From assembly GCA_021432655.1 (NCBI GenBank), contig MU271370.1:25862-58340 (forward strand): a DNA stretch of 32,479 nt. Direction: 5' to 3'. Positions within the stretch are counted from its first letter, which is position 1; the number at the start of each line of letters is the position of its first letter. Positions 9,625 through 21,396 of the stretch are shown piece after piece. This DNA comes from Atractiella rhizophila. Its lineage: Eukaryota. The notes under the pieces are model-generated. The model made no database searches, was not told the origin of the DNA, and saw nothing but the letters and a program-made list of their open reading frames with translations. Made by a program: the position numbers and the translations under genes.

Positions 9625-11772
9625 TGAAAGGAACTCGACAAACAGGAACAAGGAATCGAACGAAACTTTTTCTTGTTCTTCTCGAGAATTTTTCGATTTT
9701 TTTCAGAGAATTAAGAATAACACGATTAATAGAAAGTAAAACTGACGCGTTGTCGAGAGAAATACGAAGTTTTCAAGGGATTTAAGAGTTCAAAACCGAA
9801 TCCGACCCTTTCCCCAGAAAATCTCTCTAAAAATTCCGATTTCTTCTCCCAGTCTGGTCCCAGTGCTTCGCAGATGTCCTTCGTGCGCTCGGAAAGAGGT
9901 TCGGAGGCGTGTGAAGGCTGGGTGAGACGGTGTGATGTCGAGGTGTTGGTCGAAAAGGAGAAAACGGTGGCGGCATTTCCGCAGCAGTTTCAAACCACCG
10001 TCATGACTCGCCTCCGCTCAACAATGGGTTCAGCTTCTGTCCCGGTTTTCAAGGCCTTCATCCCTTACAATCCATTGAGATCGTATGAAAACGATATTTA
10101 TGATGTTTCTTTGCTTATATCACCCTTTTTCACGTGTCGGGAAGTTTTCTCCCAGCCCAAAACAGGCTGGAGAAGTGATGTGCCTTATTCACTTTCCGAT
10201 AGCCTCGGATAGGGTTTTTGCGCATCGATTTGCTTTCACAGGAGTCGGCTTGATCAGAGAAAGTCTTCACTGCTTGCGCTGAGATACTTTCAACGAAGTT
10301 CTGTGAAGCTTCAGCGAACAAAAGCTCTGAAAACAGACAACTAAACTGCTCCTCTCGCTCTTAGTAGCTAACCTCAAACCTCTCTGAATACCCAATACCC
10401 GCGCTTCTGTTTCCAACCTATCTTCACATGGGAGCACATCCATGTTTGTCAATCTCAAAATAATTGGAAAACAGGCAAATTTGTCAAGAATTACAACTCC
10501 TTTTGAACAAATCAAATAATGTCACTGCAAATTGTGCCTTCTGTAAATCCCCGTCGAAAATACCAACTTTTCCATAAATTGTGCGAATTCAATGGACAAA
10601 CACACCGTGCCAACCTAGGAACTAGTAATATCTTTGAAACTCGACATCGCGAGTTGAACCTACTGTAAATAGTAGTCTGCATGGTTTTGAGTCAAACTTT
10701 GTCACAGCCAGTAGAGCTTGTTCCTCCAGTTTCTTCGCGTCATTATCTTGACACCATGACGGTGCAGTATGGCGTTGATTGAGCAGAACACTTTCTGTCC
10801 TTCACCAGTGAAAAGGTACAAATCATAGGGGATCCAGTCATGGACAGTCATTACTATCGTATTGAACACAGCTGGGTCCCTTTCCCCCACCTCTAGAGAC
10901 TTCACCAGTTTCATGTTAGCTGAACTCGTAGCCTGTGCTGTAAGTGGATTGCAGGTGAAGGGGGGGCACTGCATACAGGAAGGTGAAAATCCGAATCGGA
11001 CAGACTTACGTCTGAGCAATTAAGCGCTTTTTTATTACAAGGGAGACCCGAGCTCTGGGAGCAAGATTTCGATTTAGCAGGTTGTTATCGTTTCTTTGCC
11101 TTTTGCGACTCAAAAACTCTCAACATCTCCGAGTCAATATTGCCAGTGCTGACCCAAATATTGCGCAACGCTTCTCTGAAGAACTGAGGAACAAAGTTTC
11201 ACAACAGAGTCAGCAACAGAGTATTAGAACAGGGTTGGTACTGTTAAGGAATGGCTGTGCCAAGGTATGCTCCAGGCGTCCCTATGCATAGACTATGCGA
11301 GGACACGGGTGTTCAGGTTAGGGATTCGAACGCTCAAATTCCCCTCTGCCCCCTTGGCCAACGATACTCTATCACTCTCTTTGGCTCATGCTCTCCTCGT
11401 AATGGCGAACCGTTCTGATTTAATGCTCTGTTTCTGCTAAGTCATAGGGTCTGAGGGCACAGATGGTAGTTGGACAAGATAGAGTGGCAAAGTAAGGCCA
11501 CGGTCAACGCGATGGCGAATTTGCATTTACCTATCTTTCGATCTTGCTAGAAGATTGAATGGACGGAGCACGGGGCACATGTTGTGTACCATTACGTTTA
11601 CAAGCTGGAGCAGGAATAATAGAATTTCATTGTAGTGTGAGAACCAATGCTTCGTTCTAAACCTGTCACAGCTTCAAAATCACTGAGCTTGAGAACCCTG
11701 GAAGGAGCGCAGTTTCTTTGGCAGGAGATGATGAAATCACGGCCGCGCCGTTATGCGAAAGCAATACCTCAT

Positions 11773-12990
11773 CTAATTTGCCACACCGTGGATTACTGTG
11801 ACCTCGAGGACAATGAAAACAACATAGACAAGCAACATAGCCACGCCAATCCAGCGGCAAAACCTGGCTCCAAACCACACCGTCAGGGTCAAAGCCAGCG
11901 TCGACCCCCAAAGAGTCACCAATTCTGACATCGTCACATTGCCTCCATCCAGTACACCCGTAGTGTCGACCATGACAATGCCCACACACAGCGACAGAAG
12001 GAAGATGTTGCTGCCGACACAATTCGCGACTAGAATGCCAGGGTGGCCACGGTAGCCGCTCATGACAGAGACGAACTTCTCGGGCAGCGTGGTGGCGATG
12101 GAGAGGATGACGACGCCGAATAGAACGTCCGAGATGCCAAACTGGTCTGTGATATTTGCCGCTGCTTGGGAGAGGATGTAGCCGGCGAGACCGATGGCGA
12201 GGAATCCAAATAGTAGGTAGAGACCATGATATCCTAGAGTGTGGCGTCTGCGAAGCTTTGACGGAACCGACTGAGGTGTGGCTCCTAGGTGGTCTGGTTT
12301 TACATTCGGCACGCGAGAGTTGATGAGCGGATCTGTCTCTGTAGCCTCCACTCTACTCGCGGCAATTATTGCTTCAGAACTACTGTGGCGATCACTGTCA
12401 ACGTCAGAGTCGCTGTCTGTGTCGCTATCACTGTCGCTGTCGGAATCCTGAGGTGCGGTAAGGATCCCTCGGCCAATGGCCAGGCCTACGAGCAGAAGAT
12501 AGATTCCAAACGTGGCGATGAGAAGAGGGCCACACAGCTCCCAGACGACATGCGTTGGAAAATAGAGAATTGGGACGACGAAAGTCGTCAGAGCGAGCAA
12601 CACGAGCGAGTATACCCGTGCGCTCTTGTCAAATTGGGTCGCCCTCCCCCCCTCAAAGGATAGCAGGCCGAGTGAGAAGGCGCCCAAGATGTTGGAGATG
12701 GCGGCGCCGATCACGTTGCCCATGGCTAGGGAGGAGCGGCCGTGCGCCAGGGATGCGACAACGACTGCAAGCTACGTTGCATTAATACTAGTGGTTAAAA
12801 GGTAACGTCGAACACTTACCTCTTCCCACTCCCCGCCGGCAGTGAGGAGCCCAACAACGGTCTCAGGGAGGCCTGTACGACGCGCAAATACGGCCGTGTG
12901 ATGGATGAATTTATCGGCCCCAAACTCGAGGAGGAACAGTGCCGCTAGGAAGGTGGCACCGTTGTAAATGATCACGTCAGCGTCCATCAT
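11773..12990 (-). CDS. CaCA-superfamily cation/Ca2+ exchanger (Na_Ca_ex, YrbG-like), 2 exons
   Basis: Exons 12990-12820 and 12771-11773, with a 48-nt GTAAGT..TAG intron. Alpha-1-like GEWEELAV...AMGNVIGAAISNIL and alpha-2-like IATTLPEKFVS...ANCVGSNIF repeats, multiple hydrophobic segments and an acidic (DS)n central loop at ~12391-12447. Confidence 0.88.
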
Positions 12991-13288
12991 GGTCCACTCT
13001 TAGGATAAATGGATGACGGCTAATAAGAGCTTTTGAGGCGGACTGCGTCGAATGTCAAACTTGGAATCCCACGAAATGTTTCTCAGACAGAGCCGCGTTG
13101 GATGACACAGGACGGGTGGCTGGTGGAGGGTGTTACTAGTACTCCCGACCGTAGAGTAGCAAGTTCGACAGCTTTGTGAATCGCACCACAACAGCAACGG
13201 TAAAGTGGTTCGAAGGGAAGCTGCAATTGATGACAGCATTTATTAATAACAACTTGAATGAACACGAAATGCGAGACAACCCTGGTCA

Positions 13289-13296
13289 TCACGTGA
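13289..13296. promoter_or_regulatory. Palindromic E-box TCACGTGA in the divergent CaCA / RING-E3 intergenic region
   Basis: Exact 8-bp palindrome in the ~470-bp interval between two head-to-head ATGs. It matches bHLH-type sites, but function is not shown. Confidence 0.25.
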
Positions 13297-13464
13297 GACT
13301 AGTTTCCAAATGCGGACGGCCAGCTGATTTCGGCTTGAACTTGAATTGTGAACACAGCAAAACGACGATTTCCCTTTGATCCTCTGTCCCTCTTCTCCTC
13401 CTACCTACCTTTCTCTCACGCCTCCTCTCCGCCAGCTTTCACCAAGTACAACAGTCTCACGCCG

Positions 13465-16437
13465 ATGCACCTCCCGTCGTTCTCGCTCGCTCCAATATTA
13501 ACTGCTCTCACGACAACAATCACCAGCCTTTTATACGTGCCCGGAGTCACGGCTTTTGTGCCCGCTTACCCTTCGAACGACTTGAGCGCTCTCATCGGAG
13601 GGACGGGGGCCGCTCAGAACGAGTATCTAAAGTTGACGCTGTGGGGTGAGGGCCAGGGAATGGCGTTCGTCTTTCTTTCTCTCCGTCTTTCTCAGATTGG
13701 TTGTTGATTGGATTTGGATGGGCGTTGTGGGTTGGGTTGCATGTCGGTGGTGTAGTGGCGAATACAAGATTTGGCTGAGCAAACAACTGGGAGAGATGCA
13801 GTGGCTCGTTGATGCCGATGGGGACAATGTTCTGAGAGAGAAGACCGACACAGGGAAAAAGGTGTGCCATTCTTTCCTTAGTATTTAATTTTGCGTCGTT
13901 TGGAAGGGAGACCGGGAGGAGAGAGTGTGAGCGAGTGAGATGTTGAATGAGGGACCTTCGACTTCGATTAGAGGGTGAAGGATGGAGAAACAGAAGAACT
14001 CGCCCTGCCCTCGTCCTTCTTGTTCAGATCACATTCTTATTATCTATTGAAGAGCGAACCGACGGCAAGTGACATTGATGATGTGCCGTTTGCGTCCTTT
14101 TCGCCTTCATTGTTTCTCTTCTGAACGCTTCCTCTGAGCAGAAGCGGAGCCTCTGTTCCATCCAACGGGGGTCCTATGATCCACTTTCCCAGTCCGTTTC
14201 CGTTCTCCCGTATCTTGCCAACTGGCATCGCTTCATCGTGCCACTTTGTTATTTTGTGTTTGGAGACAGGGGTCGAGTGGGATGCGGGGAAGAAACCAGC
14301 AAATTCGGTGTTGTTAGCTGCTTCGTTACTCCATTCCCAGAGCTATGTTCGCTGGAGTGTGGTCTGAGTGTGGTAACATCAACAGTTTCAGCTGTTCTGT
14401 CTCCACAACTCTCAAACCGTCTATCACCTGCCTCCCTTGACTTACAAAATAGCAGCCTGTAGTCTTTAAATGGCAGAACTAGGCAGTGATGGAATTAGAA
14501 GGAATGGTTACGGCTTCAAATGATCCTTGTGTCGTTACGGCGAGGCTCGAGGAGATGTCCAAAGGCTATAGAGACCTACGTCAGGAGGGGATGCTTATCT
14601 CCTCCCCTTGACTATTGCGTGGCTTTCCATCCCTAGTAGAAGTTCTTGAACTGTGAGATATTCGAAGCAAATACTGACGTCTTGCTGTTGTTGGATCTGA
14701 AAGGGTGTACTGCTCCATCTTCACGAGAACAACTCCACCGAACCCCTCACTTCCGTGCCGTGGGTCGCATTCATTTCCTGTGACCACAATATCACATCCT
14801 TCGATCCAACCACTCCGAACAACACAAACATCATCACCCTTGCGAAGCGAAAGGGGGCAACAGCTGTTGTCCTCTACAGCTTGCAGAACGAGACTTGCAT
14901 CGTCAATCCCAATTATCTTGCCGATACTGGTTTCGACGAGACCCAAGATAGCATTATGGTGGGAGTGACGACGGATTTGAAGAATACAAGGTTGGTGGAA
15001 GGACAGTTCGCGTACGTTTGCGTCGTCTATTGCTCACTGAATGCAAAACTCAACCAAATGGACAGCGTGGCTGGTGCTGCTTCCTATTGGTTCAACTCCT
15101 CCCTCCTGAATTCATCCTCTACTCCCATCGAGACCTTCCTCAATAATTTCAACATCACAGTCCCCGAGGAACCCGTGTCTACTACGACTGACGAAGTCTC
15201 CCCGTCCGCTGCTTCTGTTGCCGCTTCCCCAACTGCCAGCTCTGCTGGCCAAGAAACTGACAACTCTCAACATGTTGCCGAACCCTCTCGACGATCGCTT
15301 CGTCGGCAAGTCTCTCCATCCAACAATGCGAGCGTGCCCCTCTTCCTCCTCTCCGTGATGGCCTCCATGAACTCCACCCTGGCACAGGGGAATGGGACGG
15401 ATAATACGATTCCGAACCAGGGAAACGATGGAGACAAACGCGGACCGAATACCTCCTTGGCCATGATCATCCTCTATGCGATCACGGGTTGTGTCACCTT
15501 CATGTTCATCATCGTCATCATGTCTGGCGCCATTCGTGCCATCAGACATCCTGATCGGTATGGTCCCAGAGCGGCAGATGCGGCTGGAGGAAGAGGTGGC
15601 CAAACCGTAGCTAGGGGACTGACGAGGGCTATTCTGGATACTTTCCCGGTCGTCAAGTTCGGACGGACGAGTGAGGATGGAGGCGCGAGGAGGGACGGGG
15701 AGTCTTCAATTGAAGAAGCCGGAGAAGAGGCGAAGAAGTCGGTCACGACCGTGGAATTGGCGGATTTGAAGAAGGCAGATGGAGTTAATGGAGAGATGAC
15801 GGATGGAACGAAGAAGGGGGAGGGGAAGTCGGAGAGGGCGTCTGAGTCGACTGAGCCCGAGGTCACGGCTGCTGATGTCCATCATCTCGATGTGCAACAT
15901 CTCTCTTCTGAACCTGAAATCGAAGTCGCCTCCACCGCCACGGATGCTGCCGCCTCGGAGGACTCGAAAGGGAAGCGCAGGTCGATGTCTCCTCCGCCAA
16001 CCACAGCAGCAGCGACGACGACGGCCCCAGCGACAGATGATCCGACCCAAATCGACTCAGAACACACTTGCCCCATCTGCGTGGACTCTTTCAACGACGG
16101 AGACGACATCCGTATCCTTCCGTGCGACCAACGTCACAGATTCCACCGGGACTGCATCGACCCCTGGCTGCTCAACATGTCTCCTCTCTGTCCGCTATGT
16201 CGCTTGGACCTCTCTCGCCGTCGCGGAGAGGGAGAGGAGGAAGAGGTGGTGGAAGATCATGAACACAACGAAGAGTGGGATGCGGGGAAGAAACCAGCAA
16301 ATTCGGTGTTGTTAGCTGCTTCTTACTCCATTCCCAGAGCTATGTTCTCTGGCGTTTGGTCTGAGTGTGGTAACATCAACAGTTTCAGCTGTTCTTTCTC
16401 CACAACTCTCAAACCGTCCATCACCTGCCTCCCTTGA
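13465..16437 (+). CDS. Signal peptide / PA-like luminal domain / TM / RING-H2 E3 ubiquitin ligase, using the first duplicated copy; C-terminus replaced by ~55 intron-derived residues
   Basis: Exons 13465-13664 (signal peptide MHLPSFSLAPILTAL...), 13756-13861, 14704-15011, 15066-16437. PWVAFISCD and AKRKGATAVVLYS luminal motifs, TM LAMIILYAITGCVTFMFIIVIMSGAI, RING-H2 CPIC...LPCDQRHRFHRDCIDPWL...CPLC. Confidence 0.8.
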
Positions 16438-18248
16438 CTTACAAAATAGCAGCCTGTAGTCTTTAGATGGCAGAACTAGGCAGTGATGTAATTAGAAGGA
16501 ATGGTGACGGCTTCAAATGATCCTTGTGTCGTTACGGCGAGACTCGAGGAGACGTCCAAAGGCTATCTCATCTCCTTGACTATTGTGCTGCTTGTGCCTT
16601 TCCATCCCTAACGGAAGTTCTTGTTCTGTGAGAGATTCAAAGCAAATACTGACGCCTTGCTGTTGCATTGGATTTGGAAGGGGGTACTGCTCCATCTTCA
16701 CGAGAACAACTCCACCGAACCCCTCACCACCGTGCCGTGGGTCGCATTCATTTCCTGTGACCACAATATCACATCCTTCGATCCAACCACTCCGAACAAT
16801 ACAAACATCATCACCCTCGCAAAGCGAAAAGGAGCAACAGCCGTCGTCCTCTACAGCTTGCAGAACGAGACTTGCATCGTCAATCCCAATTATCTTGCTG
16901 ATACTGGTTTCGACGAGACCCAAGATAGCATTATGGTCGGAGTGACGACGGATTTGAAGAATACAAGGTTGGTGGAAGGACAGTTCGCGTACGTTTGCAT
17001 CGTCTATTGCTCACTGAACGAAAAACTCAACCAAATGGACAGCGTGGCTGGTGCTGCTTCGTATTGGTTCAACTCCTCCCTCCTGAATTCATCCTCTACT
17101 CCCATCGAGACCTTCCTCAATAATTTCAACATCACAGTCCCCGAGGAACCCGTGTCTACTACGACTGACGAAGTCTCCCCGTCCGCTGCTTCTGTTGCCG
17201 CTTCCCCAACTGCCAGCTCTGCTGGCCAAGAAACTGACAACTCTCAACATGTTGCCGAACCCTCTCGACGATCGCTTCGTCGGCAAGTCTCTCCATCCAA
17301 CAATGCGAGCGTGCCCCTCTTCCTCCTCTCCGTGATGGCCTCCATGAACTCCACCCTGGCACAGGGGAATGGGACGGATAATACGATTCCGAACCAGGGA
17401 AACGATGGAGACAAACGCGGACCGAATACCTCCTTGGCCATGATCATCCTCTATGCGATCACGGGTTGTGTCACCTTCATGTTCATCATCGTCATCATGT
17501 CTGGCGCCATTCGTGCCATCAGACATCCTGATCGGTATGGTCCCAGAGCTGCAGATGCGGCTGGAGGAAGGGGTGGCCAAACCGTAGCTAGGGGGCTGAC
17601 GAGGGCTATTCTGGATACTTTCCCGGTCGTCAAGTTCGGACGGACGAGTGAGGATGGAGGCGCGAGGAGGGACGGGGAGTCTTCAATTGAAGAAGCCGGA
17701 GAAGAGGCGAAGAAGTCGGTCACGACCGTGGAATTGGCGGATTTGAAGAAGGCAGATGGAGTTAATGGAGAGATGACGGATGGAACGAAGAAGGGGGAGG
17801 GGAAGTCGGAGAGGGCGTCAGAGTCGACTGAGCCCGAGCTCACAGCCGCTGATGCCCATCATCTCGATGTCCAACATCTCTCTTCTGAACCCGAAATCGA
17901 AGTCGCATCCACCGCCACAGATGCTGCCACCTCGGAGGACTCGAAAGGGAAGCGCAGATCGATGTCTCCTCCGCCAACCACAGCAGCAGCGACCACGACG
18001 GCCCCAGCGACAGATGATCCCACCCAAATCGACTCAGAACACACTTGCCCCATCTGCGTGGACTCTTTCAACGACGGAGACGACATCCGTATCCTTCCGT
18101 GCGACCAACGTCACAGATTCCACCGGGACTGCATCGACCCCTGGCTGCTCAACATGTCTCCTCTCTGTCCGCTATGTCGCTTGGACCTCTCTCGCCGTCG
18201 CGGAGAGGGAGAGGAGGAAGAGGTGGTGGAAGATCATGAACACAACGA
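14275..18248. repeat. ~2-kb intragenic tandem duplication (copy A 14275-16271, copy B 16273-18248)
   Basis: Both copies start gagtgggatgcggggaagaaaccagc and end gaacacaacga. The coding parts are near-identical. The intronic parts 14560-14700 and 16550-16680 differ by indels. Confidence 0.97.
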
Positions 18249-18669
18249 GGACGTGCGACCGCCATGGTTGGATGCAGACGCTATACCCCCACCTCACCCT
18301 TCTTGGGAACCACCGAGTCCGGCTGAGAGAGCAGTGAGGAGCGTGGGACGGTTCGTGAGGCGGAAAATCCAGGAGAGGTCGGCGTCGTCCGCGAGCGACA
18401 CCCCCGTTGTCGGTGGTGTTGTTTCCGCCCATGAAGCGGCGGGGGAGCCTTCGACGAGTTCAGCAATGCATGGGGATGCGGCGCAGGGGTTCACACCCAG
18501 CAGGTTCGCTAGGTATATCAGTGCTATGCGTGTGCGGAGGGGACAAGGACAAGGAAGGAGAAATGCGAATCCTTCTACAATCTCTGGGAACGGTGTTGCC
18601 GCCAGCAGTATACCAGAGGAAACTGCGAACACTGACGAGGCTGGAGAGGGGGAAGCGAGACGGTCATGA
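16681..18669 (+). CDS. Second copy of the TM-RING-H2 E3 3' exons, carrying the original C-terminus but no signal-peptide exons of its own
   Basis: Acceptor ggaag|GGG GTA CTG at 16680/16681, 54-nt intron 16989-17042, intact frame through the RING-H2 to TGA 18669. Confidence 0.8.
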   Translation, partial: GVLLHLHENNSTEPLTTVPWVAFISCDHNITSFDPTTPNNTNIITLAKRKGATAVVLYSLQNETCIVNPNYLADTGFDETQDSIMVGVTTDLKNTRLVEGQFAYVCIVYCSLNEKLNQMDSVAGAASYWFNSSLLNSSSTPIETFLNNFNITVPEEPVSTTTDEVSPSAASVAASPTASSAGQETDNSQHVAEPSRRSLRRQVSPSNNASVPLFLLSVMASMNSTLAQGNGTDNTIPNQGNDGDKRGPNTSLAMIILYAITGCVTFMFIIVIMSGAIRAIRHPDRYGPRAADAAGGRGGQTVARGLTRAILDTFPVVKFGRTSEDGGARRDGESSIEEAGEEAKKSVTTVELADLKKADGVNGEMTDGTKKGEGKSERASESTEPELTAADAHHLDVQHLSSEPEIEVASTATDAATSEDSKGKRRSMSPPPTTAAATTTAPATDDPTQIDSEHTCPICVDSFNDGDDIRILPCDQRHRFHRDCIDPWLLNMSPLCPLCRLDLSRRRGEGEEEEVVEDHEHNEDVRPPWLDADAIPPPHPSWEPPSPAERAVRSVGRFVRRKIQERSASSASDTPVVGGVVSAHEAAGEPSTSSAMHGDAAQGFTPSRFARYISAMRVRRGQGQGRRNANPSTISGNGVAASSIPEETANTDEAGEGEARRS

Positions 18670-18867
18670 TTCTTCTGAGCGCATTCATTTCGTGTTTGAC
18701 CTTGTTTCCTTTTTATAATGCTTCGCTTGATTCGCTTCAGTGTGTGTAGTGTATAGTACGTTTGCTTAGTGGACATTGGATCATATGCAAAGGTCGTCTC
18801 CTCTCATCTCATCGTCCAATTGAGTACCCCTCCTGTTCCAGGGATGTCACAACTTGCATGGACCACC

Positions 18868-19329
18868 CTACTCCACAGATGCAACTACCGCCTTCTCTGC
18901 GCCCCCGACAGCCATCTCTCCCGCCGTCCTGACCGCCTCCCTTCCCAATCCACCCTCGCGAACAGGGATGCGTGTCGCCGTCGCACCAAGGGTGTTGGCT
19001 TTGGGTCTCAAAGAACGGGCGGCTGGTCCATAGTCGAAGTAGACGCCGAGGAATTCGCGGGCAAATATCTCACCACAACCTTTAGGCCCATCATATGCGT
19101 CAAACTCAGGCCTCAATGAAGGGATTCATAGTGTGGCATAGAATGGGTTGTGGGTGACGCAGAGAGACGAACCTAGCATGACACCGTTTAAAAAGGGAAG
19201 GAAAAGGTTGATACCGAGCGTGGAGAGTATGGATTTGTACCATCTTTTTCGGAGAGTAGTTGAGGGAGATGAAGTTGGAGGGACAGACAGCAGGGCGTAG
19301 GTGAGCGAAGGGGGATCGTTGGAAGGCAT
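18868..19329 (-). CDS. MIM1: Mitochondrial outer-membrane import protein Mim1/Tom13
   Basis: Exons 19329-19173 and 19079-18868 splice to GINLFLPFLNGVMLG|CGEIFARE, matching the Mim1 INLxLPFxNGxMLGFGExxAxE signature. Confidence 0.85.
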
Positions 19330-21396
19330 TGCGAAGTTCTGCGTGAAGATGTCAGTGGCGAAAACATATACTTTGATTCGTTTCACCCTCACCTGTTTCC
19401 AGCCTTCTGTCCAGAAAACAAAGTAAAAAGTAAGAATGAAAATGGAGGTTTGAAGATCAGGTGATTAACTTGCACTGCTAGTATGAGTCATGTCCAAGGA
19501 ACAACAAACTTGCCTCGACTGGTGAACATTGTTGCTGCTCAGACGCTGCAAATATTGAGCCGAGGCGTGATGCAGTATGAAAACTGCGAAGAGTGTGAGC
19601 GCAGACATATCGGCAGGGCGTGTGTTCGGACTGTTGACTGGCATGACCTGTGACCGTGAGCTCGAGACGGTGTGCGGTGTTGCTTTGCCTTCCTATAAAA
19701 GACTATAAAGTCTGAACATGGTCTTGTGCACTCTCGTATTCACCATATTCTCTTTTTTTCGGCACAAAACTCCATCATGACGTAGGGCGATATAGCTGCA
19801 AGAGATTTCCTCATTTCCATGTTTACGCCCTCCATAGCACACGTTCCCTCCGTATTTCTCAGCAATGCCTCACCAGTTCTAGCATTGGAAGTTTTGTGAC
19901 AGTCTGTCTTTATGTTTCCTCCAAGGTAGCTGTGGTCAGCTCCAAAATCTCGCCCACAACTGAAAAGTAGAGAGAGGCGTGGTGATTGAATTCGTCATGT
20001 TGCGTCTTTTGGGCTAGAGGTGAGCCATTCAACTTGAACGTCGCACTTATAGTTGAACCTTCATCCTTTAGCAAATTTCACCGTCCTTTATCTTGCTAGT
20101 TGTGTCATTGTGAAGCAAACAGGTATTTATTTTAAAGAAAATGCGAAAATTGAAGTGATGAATAAATTTGCTCCTTTTCGCCATTAGCCCCGTTCTATGC
20201 TTGCTTGCTTTTCAACCTTGAGTGCAGTAGATAGAGCAAGACTCACCGACATATTATTTGGTTGCGCTTTTGGTCTCATCACTTCATACGATGTCTCAGC
20301 AGGAGGCTTTGTTTGATTATTCGCTTGACCTGATAATCCTGGCCAAGTGGAGAATACGCCTTTTGGGGTTGTCAGAATAATGAAAGAGATTAGCTTTCGG
20401 GGGAGAAATTGTCATCGGAATACGACGGTCATGGATAGACGCAAGTTCATTATTTTACTGGATCCATCACTTCATTTCATAAGATTTATTCCGTACATTT
20501 CCCATCTTATCTTGTTTCCCCACTTGTGGGATCAGCACTTGACGCAAACACTGCGAGGCTACTCACCCTTCCATTTATGACGTTCCGAGAGCAATTACTT
20601 GCCGCACTTGCATTGGCCTGGTTGTCCCATCATGCATCAGTATTTACAAGAGGGGATGAAAGAGGAAGTGTACCCTGAGCACATTGGCAATCTGTAACAA
20701 AGAAATATCATCAGACACATTTGGGAGAGGGAGTTGATATCAGACGGAGGCTCACTTTCGCCACATTTGCAGTCTGTCCTTCGATCAGTTCCTGTCATCG
20801 AACTGAAAGGTTGAAAGCTCACCACTGTTTCCGCAAGGCATTCTTGGTTTGTTAACTTGATTGATTGGTTTGATGAAGGTACTGTTCAGAGAATCGTGGT
20901 CGTTCTTCAAAGATATGATCGATGATCGAACCCTTTTTATACCTTCCAATTCACATTTGAAATGCGAAGGAGGAAATAGGGGCAAACTATTCAAGAGTTG
21001 CCCTCGTGACTGTGAACTCGCACAATTCCCTCTTGTGCCAATTGGCTGCGAGCGAGGGTTTTGTGCGAACTGGAGTGGCGCAGCACTTTCGAGAGAGCTG
21101 TGGTTTCAACTTTGCCAGTGTATTCCCCCAAATGCAGCATTTTGGAGTTATGGCGACTCCCTGAACGCGACCAGGCAGCACCCTACTCGATCCTCGTTCA
21201 TGACTTCCATATGGCTCGTGAGACCGCGAGGGTTGAACGTTGAACAGGAGAGCGTTGAGCGATCTCCGTTGACACATTGTGAGAAACGTATAAAGCTGCT
21301 CACTTTTCGTCTTGCAAATGGTGACCTCTTGTGTTTCAAGAAAAACAAAAGAGCAGCTCTAACGTTTCCCCAACGCCAGATTCAATCGGAGATAAG

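Noticed and set aside
11322..11331. GTTCGAATCC B-box-like motif on the minus strand, suggesting a tRNA
   Set aside because: The flanks do not pair into a T-stem or acceptor stem, and no cloverleaf can be formed.
1..12990. CHR + CaCA as a single metal-resistance island
   Set aside because: They are separated by core genes (TPR, RPB1), and no recombinase, transposase or shared boundary repeats were seen.
16621..16680. Listed N-terminus of the 682-aa ORF as a real start
   Set aside because: It starts at TTG within intron-derived sequence carrying a CTGAC branch site and acceptor, and encodes no signal peptide.
20725..20750. SDINSL peptide resembling an MSDIN amatoxin precursor, tempting given the RPB1 pocket changes
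   Set aside because: No Met before SDIN, no RLP leader end, no Pro-flanked core or conserved follower.
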